This document shows positions 6,099-12,837 of a DNA stretch of 64,000 nt, in pieces. Each line of letters opens with the position of its first letter. Within the stretch, counting starts at the first letter, position 1. A model generated the notes under the pieces. The model had not been told where the DNA came from. It made no database searches and was given only the letters and a program-made list of their open reading frames with translations. This stretch comes from a virus. The stretch is taken from IMG/VR virus record IMGVR_UViG_3300045988_108820, positions 32,529 to 96,528 of that record. One strand, given 5' to 3'. The position numbers and the translations under genes were made by a program.

Positions 6099-6119
6099 CA
6101 TAGAAAAATAATATATAAT

Positions 6120-6350
6120 ATGTGGTTATTGGAAAGTAATAGATCTAAACACCTACTTTATGCAATACCTTCAGCCTATATAGGTACTATATTATTTAGT
6201 ACTGGTTTAGCTTTTGGTATGGAGTTTAAAGATAAACAATATGGTGGTAAATTTGATTGGCTTGATATAGCTGCTACTATGATAGGTGGTATAGTTGGTC
6301 AATTATTGCAGGTTAGTATGATAAGTTTAATCTATTTAACATTTAATTAA
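6120..6350 (+). CDS. small membrane protein (76 aa)
   Basis: Two hydrophobic segments (AYIGTILFSTGLAFG and IAATMIGGIVGQLL). It is embedded in the tRNA array. A weak VanZ-like pattern is not verifiable by eye. Confidence 0.5.
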   Translation: MWLLESNRSKHLLYAIPSAYIGTILFSTGLAFGMEFKDKQYGGKFDWLDIAATMIGGIVGQLLQVSMISLIYLTFN

Positions 6351-6451
6351 TATGGAAGCACTTAATGTTATAATTGGTATTGTAGGTAATGCAATAGTAC
6401 TAGGTCTTATGTATTATTTTCTGGTAAAAAAGAAAGAATAATACTTAGGAT

Positions 6452-6537
6452 GCCTCCATGTTGGAATTAGTAGACAAGTTAGACTTAAAATCTAATAATC
6501 AGTAATGATTATGTGGGTGCAAGTCCCACTGGAGGTA
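6452..6537 (+). tRNA. tRNA-Leu(TAA), second copy, type II, atypical T-loop
   Basis: Acceptor GCCTCCA/TGGAGGT (G1-U72), anticodon stem TTAGA/TCTAA, loop CTTAAAA, long variable arm. T arm GTGGG-TGCAAGT-CCCAC has G at the usual U55 position. Confidence 0.7.
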
Positions 6538-6604
6538 CTATAGCAGCTCTTGAAGGGTGTAGAAAAGCATAGACTTACTAGACTATTTAGACAATCTGCT
6601 ATAA
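6538..6604 (+). pseudogene. possible truncated tRNA-Leu remnant / hairpin spacer
   Basis: TATAGCAG (6540-6547) pairs with CTGCTATA (6596-6603). The interior shares GTAGA..GC.TAGACTTA with the D and anticodon arms of both flanking Leu tRNAs but has no T arm. Confidence 0.25.
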
Positions 6605-6687
6605 ACCCACTTGCTGGAATTGGTAGACAGGCTAGACTTAGGATCTAGTATCTAAATGATGTAAGAGTTCAAGTCTCTTAGTGGGTA
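6605..6687 (+). tRNA. tRNA-Leu(TAG), type II
   Basis: Acceptor ACCCACT/AGTGGGT, anticodon stem CTAGA/TCTAG, loop CTTAGGA, long variable arm, T arm AAGAG-TTCAAGT-CTCTT. Confidence 0.88.
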
Positions 6688-6719
6688 CTAAAAATAATTA
6701 TAAAAAACTTATAAAAAAG

Positions 6720-6750
6720 TTTGTAATTTCAAATAAATTACTTATCTTTG
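6720..6750 (+). promoter_or_regulatory. Bacteroidota-type promoter (TTTG-N19-TATCTTTG)
   Basis: TTTG at 6720-6723 and TATCTTTG at 6743-6750, 14 nt upstream of tRNA-Thr. Confidence 0.55.
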
Positions 6751-6764
6751 TAATTGTTGAAGAT

Positions 6765-6836
6765 GGTCTCTTAGTATAAAGGTTAATATCCTTGCTTTGT
6801 AACCAAGGGATGTAAGTTCGATTCTTACAGGGACCT
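6765..6836 (+). tRNA. tRNA-Thr(TGT)
   Basis: Acceptor GGTCTCT/AGGGACC (one U-G), anticodon stem CTTGC/CCAAG (31-39 C-C), loop TTTGTAA, T arm GTAAG-TTCGATT-CTTAC. Length 72 nt. Confidence 0.82.
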
Positions 6837-6842
6837 CAATAT

Positions 6843-6915
6843 ACAGGGATGTTAGCAGTGGTAGCTAGTTAGCCTCATAAGCTAAAGGTCGTGGGTTCGA
6901 CTCCCACTCCCTGAA
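6843..6915 (+). tRNA. tRNA-Met(CAT) (elongator, initiator or Ile2 identity unresolved)
   Basis: D arm TAGC-AGTGGTA-GCTA, anticodon stem TTAGC/GCTAA, loop CTCATAA, T arm GTGGG-TTCGACT-CCCAC. The acceptor register is ambiguous, giving either an A1-A72 mismatch or a 4-bp T stem. Ends are accurate to about 1 nt. Confidence 0.75.
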
Positions 6916-6987
6916 CAAATTAAAATTAATAAATATATCTTCTTTGAAGAATACTTTATCTAGTGTATCATATATAAAAATAACACT

Positions 6988-7191
6988 ATGGGAGACAAGA
7001 AAGAGTTTAATGATGAACCTGTTTTCTATTGTAAAAATTGTTTATCTTTAAAAATAAAGACAGTTCCAGGCATGATAGAGTTAGACTACTGTGATGACTG
7101 TGGAGCAACTGATATATCTAAAACTGATATAGAAACATGGAGACAATTATATAAAGATAGATTTGGTTTTGATTATTTAGATAAATTTTAA
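6988..7191 (+). CDS. zinc-ribbon protein (67 aa)
   Basis: It carries CKNC...CDDC, that is two CxxC pairs. Confidence 0.55.
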   Translation: MGDKKEFNDEPVFYCKNCLSLKIKTVPGMIELDYCDDCGATDISKTDIETWRQLYKDRFGFDYLDKF

Positions 7192-7192
7192 T

Positions 7193-7423
7193 ATGGAAGA
7201 GAAAAAATTAACAGTAGAGCAGATTAAAGCTGCTGCAAATGAACAAATTGGTATTTTATATCAAAAGTTACAAGAAGCTAATTTAGCTAATACCTTTAAG
7301 AGACTTGATTATCTATTCAAGATAGTTGAAGGTAAATTTAATGAGGAACTAAAAAATAAAGCAATAGTAGAAATTGACAATATTATATTTGGGTATCCTC
7401 AAGAAGATAAACAGGAGAAGTAA
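7193..7423 (+). CDS. hypothetical protein (76 aa, helical)
   Basis: ORF-track frame, 1 nt after the previous stop and tightly packed in the operon. Confidence 0.5.
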   Translation: MEEKKLTVEQIKAAANEQIGILYQKLQEANLANTFKRLDYLFKIVEGKFNEELKNKAIVEIDNIIFGYPQEDKQEK

Positions 7424-7426
7424 ACA

Positions 7427-7813
7427 ATGATTGGGAAAGTTAATAATGTAATAGGACTTTCCCAGTCACCATTAGGTGATGAGTTCTTTAAATACTGGTT
7501 TATATTTCTAAGACCATTACACCATCTCACTGATAGAGAAATAGATGTGATAGCATCTTTTACTAAACATAGATACAACCTATCTAAAGTAATAACTGAT
7601 AATAGCTTATTAGATACTGTTCTCATGAGTGAGGAAACTAAAAGAAAGGTCAGAGAAGATTGTAATATAACTTTAGCCCATTTTCAAGTTATCATGGGAA
7701 AATTAAGAAAGAATAAAGTTATTATAGACAATAAAATAAATCCTAAACTTATTCCTAATATAGATAAAGATTCAAAAGGTCTACAATTATTAGTTTTATT
7801 TCCAATAAAATGA
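7427..7813 (+). CDS. hypothetical protein (128 aa)
   Basis: ORF-track frame. Its stop overlaps the next start as ATGA. A possible winged-helix-like C-terminus (ITLAHFQVIMGKLRKNKVI) is unverified. Confidence 0.5.
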   Translation: MIGKVNNVIGLSQSPLGDEFFKYWFIFLRPLHHLTDREIDVIASFTKHRYNLSKVITDNSLLDTVLMSEETKRKVREDCNITLAHFQVIMGKLRKNKVIIDNKINPKLIPNIDKDSKGLQLLVLFPIK

Positions 7814-8082
7814 ATAAGAGCATTATTCTAAATGCATCTAGAACTCTAAAAATATCACCTGATGTTGTTGAGAAAGTTTATAAAGCTTATTGGTTATATA
7901 TAAAAACAACTATAGAAGCTTTACCATTAAAAGAGGAACTTGATGAAGAAAGTTTCTTAAAGTTGAGAACTAATTTTAATATTCCGTCACTTGGAAAGTT
8001 GAATTGTACACTATCTAAATACAATGGAATTAAAAATAGGTTTAAGTTAATAAATATTATTAGAAATGCTAAAGATAAATAG
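7810..8082 (+). CDS. hypothetical protein (90 aa), weak HU/IHF-like pattern
   Basis: The N-terminal helices (SPDVVEKVYKAYWLYIKTTIEAL) and IPSLGKL resemble the HU/IHF helix-helix and first strand. The Arg-rich DNA-binding arm is not evident. Confidence 0.45.
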   Translation: MNKSIILNASRTLKISPDVVEKVYKAYWLYIKTTIEALPLKEELDEESFLKLRTNFNIPSLGKLNCTLSKYNGIKNRFKLINIIRNAKDK

Positions 8083-8488
8083 TATTAAACCATTATTTAA
8101 TAAAATAGTAACTACTTGTGATGTTTATACATCAGATAAAACACAAGGAGGTATTATTTTAAAAACAAATGGCACAATTAAGGAGTATCAAAGGGTTGAA
8201 GCAATTGGTTCAACTGTAAGAGATATAAAGGTTGGAGACCTAGTACTTATTAATCCTAAGAGATACATTGTTCCTCAACATAGAGAGAAAAAAGATGAAT
8301 CTCTGAGAGGTATTATTAGTGATGAATTAACCATGGATGTTGATTTTCCTATGGTTGAATATGGTGGTAAAAAACACTTACTCATTTATGATCAAGACAT
8401 TGATTATATTATTGATGGAGAGGAAGTTAAAGATGAGCAACCTAAGTCCTCATTGATACTCCCAGAGGACAAGAAAATTATTGTTTAA
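8066..8488 (+). CDS. GroES/Cpn10-like co-chaperonin (140 aa; analogous to T4 gp31)
   Basis: IKPLFNKIV..., DKTQGGIILK (mobile-loop-like), VEAIGSTVRDIKVGDLVLINPKRY and KHLLIYDQDIDYII parallel the GroES blocks (RPLhDRVhV, KTAGGIhL, VVAVG...VKVGDKVLF, YLIh.e.DILAhh). There is an insertion between them. Confidence 0.55.
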   Translation: MLKINSIKPLFNKIVTTCDVYTSDKTQGGIILKTNGTIKEYQRVEAIGSTVRDIKVGDLVLINPKRYIVPQHREKKDESLRGIISDELTMDVDFPMVEYGGKKHLLIYDQDIDYIIDGEEVKDEQPKSSLILPEDKKIIV

Positions 8489-8493
8489 TATAT

Positions 8494-8524
8494 AAGCTCA
8501 TGATTAAATTCATGAGCTTTTTTA
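8494..8524 (+). terminator. rho-independent terminator
   Basis: AAGCTCATGA (8494-8503), loop TTAAAT, TCATGAGCTT (8510-8519), then a T-run. Confidence 0.65.
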
Positions 8525-8538
8525 GTTTTTACTTTGAT

Positions 8539-8712
8539 ATGAAGAAATGCAGTAAATGTAATAGACTTTTACCAGAAAGTTCTTTTAAACTTAGGAAAGG
8601 TAAACTATATTATATGTGCAGAGAATGCGAAAAAGAGTACATGAGAGATAATCATATGAATATTATAAAATTAGCTAACTATTTGATAAAGGATGAAACT
8701 GTTCAGATATGA
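8539..8712 (+). CDS. zinc-ribbon protein (57 aa)
   Basis: The start is trimmed to MKKCSKC... because the ORF-track start at 8500 lies inside the terminator hairpin. It carries CSKC...CREC. Confidence 0.5.
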   Translation: MKKCSKCNRLLPESSFKLRKGKLYYMCRECEKEYMRDNHMNIIKLANYLIKDETVQI

Positions 8713-9241
8713 AGGATATAAAGTAGTTATATCTGAGGAAGCTTTTGCTTTAAAAGTATTTAGACAAATATGGAATAGAGATAGGAGTGTAAATAAAGAT
8801 AAAGCTATTATGGAGTTAGGTTATATATACTTTATTTCAGATCCTAGAAGTGACTACCAATATATAGTAGATGAAGAAGAGAGGTCTAAAGCTATTATTG
8901 AAGGTGAAGGATTACCAAGTAATTGGAAACCTGATAAAATAATTGTAGAAGCTATTAATTTTTATAAAAGTTTAAAATCCACCTCTGCTCTCCTATTAGA
9001 AGATACTAGAGCTGTTATAGATAATGTTAGAAAAACATTGAGAGAGTTTTCTTTTGATGATATGGAAGATAAGGATAGAGTAAATGCCATTAAAAGTGTG
9101 GCATCTACTATAGCTACTATACCTAAGTTAATTAAAGATTTAGATGAAGCAGAAAGAGCTGTTACTTCTGAAATGCAGAATGTAACTGGTAAAGTTAGGG
9201 GACAAAAAGAAAAGTCATTATTAGAGGATGGTATATTATGA
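8693..9241 (+). CDS. hypothetical protein (182 aa)
   Basis: ORF-track frame with overlapping start and stop relative to neighbours. No motif recognised. Confidence 0.55.
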   Translation: MKLFRYEGYKVVISEEAFALKVFRQIWNRDRSVNKDKAIMELGYIYFISDPRSDYQYIVDEEERSKAIIEGEGLPSNWKPDKIIVEAINFYKSLKSTSALLLEDTRAVIDNVRKTLREFSFDDMEDKDRVNAIKSVASTIATIPKLIKDLDEAERAVTSEMQNVTGKVRGQKEKSLLEDGIL

Positions 9242-9504
9242 TGAATATAATAAATAGTATAAATAATGTATTAACAAAGGGAGAATTATTATTACATATA
9301 GAACCAACTTCCACAGCTATAAAATCTGTGTTGAAAATTAACTATAAATTGTACATTCTAACTAAAGATAATGAATCTCCAAAAGAGATTCTTTTCTTCT
9401 CTAGTACTCTAACACCTGGGAATGTAATAAGTGATTTAGATGAATGGGCTACTCAAGAGATACTTAAATTTGTTATACATGGAGGGTTAAGAGATTATGA
9501 ATAA
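9238..9504 (+). CDS. hypothetical protein (88 aa)
   Basis: ORF-track frame. It overlaps the upstream stop by 4 nt and the terminase start by 8 nt. Confidence 0.5.
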   Translation: MMNIINSINNVLTKGELLLHIEPTSTAIKSVLKINYKLYILTKDNESPKEILFFSSTLTPGNVISDLDEWATQEILKFVIHGGLRDYE

Positions 9505-12500
9505 ATACCAAACAGAGTATTCTAAAGAATATATAGAGTCATTACCTAAAGAAGTTCAAGAACAATACTATGACTTTATAACTAGTGTACCTTATATATC
9601 AAAGCTACTTTCTGATAATAGAAAGTATGCTAAAGATTTACCTAGAGATAATGAGGGAAAGATAATAATAGATGTTACAGAACCACATATTTTAGAAAAT
9701 ACAGATTACTTTAGACCTAGTGCTATTCATTATCAACAATATGGTTGTTACACTAAATTAAAACCTAATGCTAATCCTAATAGTGAATATGGTAAATGGA
9801 TTAGAGAAGAGGTTAGAAGGTGTTGGGAAGGTTATATTAGACCAGAAGATGGAGAATGGATAACAGGGGATATGTATTTCTTTCTTAACTATTGTCCTAT
9901 ACAATTAATTAAAAAAGATAGTAATGGTAAGTCTATTAGAACTATTGACTTTCCTAAATTTTGGGATGGACATTATTATAAATTTCATTATTTAAATCAA
10001 TGTAGAAATGAAGGACATCATGCCGCAGAATTAGCTAGTAGAGGTAAGGGAAAAGCACACCCTTATAGCCAAAAAATATTAACTCCTTTTGGATGGAAAT
10101 ACTGGGGAGACATACAAATTGGTGACTATATTTATGGAGATAATGGAGAATTAACAAAAGTAGTAGATATTCCTTATGATGAAGTGTCTGATATATACAC
10201 TGTTACTTTATTAGATGGTAGAAAAGTACAATGTACAAATGGGCATTTATTTAAAGTAAAGAATCATAAAACAAAAAGAATAGAAATAAAACCTCTAATT
10301 GAAATTATTAAAGATTACAAGAGTACTAGAAAAGTATCTAATAAAACCCCAAATGGTATAGAATATAATTATAGAATACCAAAAATTACTAATGCTGTTT
10401 ACTTCCCTTCAAAGAGAGTACCAATAGACCCTTATACTTTAGGTTTGTTACTAGGTGATGGGTGCTTTAGAGTAATCTCAGCAAAGAACTATGTACTATT
10501 TACTTGTGATAAAGAAGATTATTACACTTATGAAGAAAACATACCTTACAAGATAGATAAAGTAACAAATAATAATTATACTCATGCTATAAGATTTTCT
10601 GTAGAACCTTTAATTAATTATAAATTATATGGATTAAAATCAGAGCATAAATTTATACCTAGAGACTACCTAGTAAATGATAGAAATGTGAGATTAGAAA
10701 TACTTAGAGGACTTATGGATTCAGATGGAACAGTGGATAAAACTTCTGGTATTCCTGTCTTTAGTACTACATCTGAGAAATTAAAGGAGGATTTTATATT
10801 CTTATGTAGGTCTCTAGGATATAATGTATCTTGTTCTTTACATGATTCAAAATTTAATAATATAACATATAAAAGTCATTATAGAATTAGAGTTATAACA
10901 AATGACCCTATCTTTAAATTAGGAAGGAAATTAAAGTTACTTAATAATTTTACTTCTAGCTATGCTAAAAGTAAGAGAGATTATACTACAATTATAGATA
11001 TTCAATACTCACATAAAGAACAAGCAAAGTGTATAACAGTTAATAACGAGTCACATTGTTATATAATAGGAGATTTTGTAGTAACTCATAATTCATATAG
11101 TGCAGCATCAATGTTAGCTAAAAGATTTATACTAGGAGAATCTAATGATGTAAAGAAGAAAGTACAATGTGTTGCTACAGCTAGTGAGAGAAAATATATT
11201 CAAGGAGCTAACCAACTACTTGATATGTTTCAATACTACATTGATTTCTGTGCTAACAATACAGAGTTTCCTAGACAAAGAATCACTTCCTCTTTACAGA
11301 ATTTAGCATGGACTATGGGCTATGTAGACTCTGAAACTAATACTAGGAGGGGAACTGAAAATAGTGTTATAGGTATTACTTCTAAGGATGATGAATCTAA
11401 GCTTAGAGGTTCTAGAGGTGTATTGTATCTTCTAGAAGAAGCAGGTTCATTTCCTAGACTATTAAATTTGTATCAAGTGCTAAGACCATCTGTAGAAGAT
11501 GGTAATAGTGTTTGGGGATTAATTTATTTATATGGTACAGCTGGTGATAGTGATTCTGACTTTAGTTCTATGCAAGAATTAATGTATAACCCTAAAGGTT
11601 ATAATATTAAAGCAATAAATAATGTTTATGATAAAGAGGGTCAAGGAAGAAAGCAGTTTACATACTTTTTTCCTGGTTATATGAATAGAGCTGATTGTTA
11701 TGATAAAGATGGAAATAGTGATGTCAATAAAGCCCTTATTGAAATACTTTTAGATAGGTATAAAGTAAAGTATAATAGTACTGATATTAATGCAATTACT
11801 AAGAGAATTGCAGAAATTCCTATAACTCCACAAGAAGCTATATTAAAGACTAAAGATAATATATTCCCTATCACAGAGTTAACTAAGAGACTTAATGAAA
11901 TTGATAATAATCCTAATTTCTTTGATGATATTTATGTTGGAGATTTAGCTTTTAATAAACAAGGTAAAGTAGAGTTTAATGCTACAACTACAGACACTCC
12001 TATAAGAGACTTTCCTACTAAAGATAATAAAGTACAAGGAGCAATAGAAATATATGAAATGCCCCAAGAGATACATGGTAAAGTTCCTAATGAAAGATAT
12101 ATTTTATCACTAGATAACTATGAAAATGATCAAGCCCAATCAATGTCATTGGGTAGTGTATTTGTGCTAGATCTATGGACTGATAGAATTGTAGCAGAAT
12201 ATACAGGAAGACCTATGTTTGTTGATGATTTAAATGAAATATGTAGAAAGTTATGTTTATTTTATAATGGTAAAGTGATGGTAGAAAATAATAAGAAAAA
12301 TACCTTTGCCTACTTTAGTAAAATGAATAGTTTACATCTAATGGCTGATACTCCAGAATATCTTAAGAATAAACAAATATTAAAAGTCAACACATTTGGT
12401 AATGCAAGTAAGGGATGTCCTGCTACAGTACCTGTGATTAATTTTTCTATGGAAAGATTAAGAGATTGGCTACTAAAACCTGTAACTGTAACAGAAGAAT

Positions 12501-12748
12501 CTAATGGGGAATCAATATCTACTACAATCCCCAATCTACACTTTCTAAAGAATAGAGCTTTAATTAAAGAATTAATGCTTTATAATCCTGCTATTAATGT
12601 AGATAGAATTATGTCTATGTGTCAACTCATGTTATATAGAGAAGAAAAGATGATTCTTTATCAAGGAGAACCTAGAAGAGCAGAGAAAAGAATTGATTCT
12701 ACTTATCTAGGAAATGATCCATTCTTTAATAAAAACTATAAACAGTAA
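9497..12748 (+). CDS. terL: terminase large subunit, interrupted by an intein (1083 aa precursor)
   Basis: Removing residues 187-532 joins ...ELASRGKGK to SYSAASMLAKRF..., restoring a GKGKS Walker A P-loop. A Walker-B-like VLYLLEEAG lies downstream, and the gene sits immediately upstream of the portal-sized ORF. Confidence 0.8.
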   Translation: MNKYQTEYSKEYIESLPKEVQEQYYDFITSVPYISKLLSDNRKYAKDLPRDNEGKIIIDVTEPHILENTDYFRPSAIHYQQYGCYTKLKPNANPNSEYGKWIREEVRRCWEGYIRPEDGEWITGDMYFFLNYCPIQLIKKDSNGKSIRTIDFPKFWDGHYYKFHYLNQCRNEGHHAAELASRGKGKAHPYSQKILTPFGWKYWGDIQIGDYIYGDNGELTKVVDIPYDEVSDIYTVTLLDGRKVQCTNGHLFKVKNHKTKRIEIKPLIEIIKDYKSTRKVSNKTPNGIEYNYRIPKITNAVYFPSKRVPIDPYTLGLLLGDGCFRVISAKNYVLFTCDKEDYYTYEENIPYKIDKVTNNNYTHAIRFSVEPLINYKLYGLKSEHKFIPRDYLVNDRNVRLEILRGLMDSDGTVDKTSGIPVFSTTSEKLKEDFIFLCRSLGYNVSCSLHDSKFNNITYKSHYRIRVITNDPIFKLGRKLKLLNNFTSSYAKSKRDYTTIIDIQYSHKEQAKCITVNNESHCYIIGDFVVTHNSYSAASMLAKRFILGESNDVKKKVQCVATASERKYIQGANQLLDMFQYYIDFCANNTEFPRQRITSSLQNLAWTMGYVDSETNTRRGTENSVIGITSKDDESKLRGSRGVLYLLEEAGSFPRLLNLYQVLRPSVEDGNSVWGLIYLYGTAGDSDSDFSSMQELMYNPKGYNIKAINNVYDKEGQGRKQFTYFFPGYMNRADCYDKDGNSDVNKALIEILLDRYKVKYNSTDINAITKRIAEIPITPQEAILKTKDNIFPITELTKRLNEIDNNPNFFDDIYVGDLAFNKQGKVEFNATTTDTPIRDFPTKDNKVQGAIEIYEMPQEIHGKVPNERYILSLDNYENDQAQSMSLGSVFVLDLWTDRIVAEYTGRPMFVDDLNEICRKLCLFYNGKVMVENNKKNTFAYFSKMNSLHLMADTPEYLKNKQILKVNTFGNASKGCPATVPVINFSMERLRDWLLKPVTVTEESNGESISTTIPNLHFLKNRALIKELMLYNPAINVDRIMSMCQLMLYREEKMILYQGEPRRAEKRIDSTYLGNDPFFNKNYKQ
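10055..11092 (+). mobile_element. intein (346 aa) with double-motif LAGLIDADG homing endonuclease
   Basis: Block A-like AHPYSQKILTPFGWKYWGDIQIGDYIYG, block B TNGH, LAGLIDADG motifs LGLLLGDGCF and LRGLMDSDGTV. Block F is AKCITVNNESHCY and block G is FVVTHN followed by Ser +1. Confidence 0.8.
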
Positions 12749-12769
12749 ATTTAGTAGAAAGTAGTAAAT

Positions 12770-12805
12770 AATTCACTTAGATTATTGTCTGAGTGAATTT
12801 TTTTA
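12770..12805 (+). terminator. rho-independent terminator after terL
   Basis: AATTCACT (12770-12777) pairs with AGTGAATT (12792-12799), followed by a T-run. Confidence 0.6.
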
Positions 12806-12815
12806 TATAACTTTG
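12785..12815 (+). promoter_or_regulatory. Bacteroidota-type promoter (TTG-N20-TAACTTTG)
   Basis: TAACTTTG lies at 12808-12815, 22 nt upstream of the portal ATG. The -33 element is reduced to aTTG. Confidence 0.45.
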
Positions 12816-12837
12816 TGAAGTTAAATAAATAAGAATT

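Noticed and set aside
7399-7626. Minus-strand 75-aa ORF
   Set aside because: It is antisense within the tightly packed plus-strand operon.
12310-12534. Minus-strand 74-aa ORF inside terL
   Set aside because: It is antisense within a well-supported gene.
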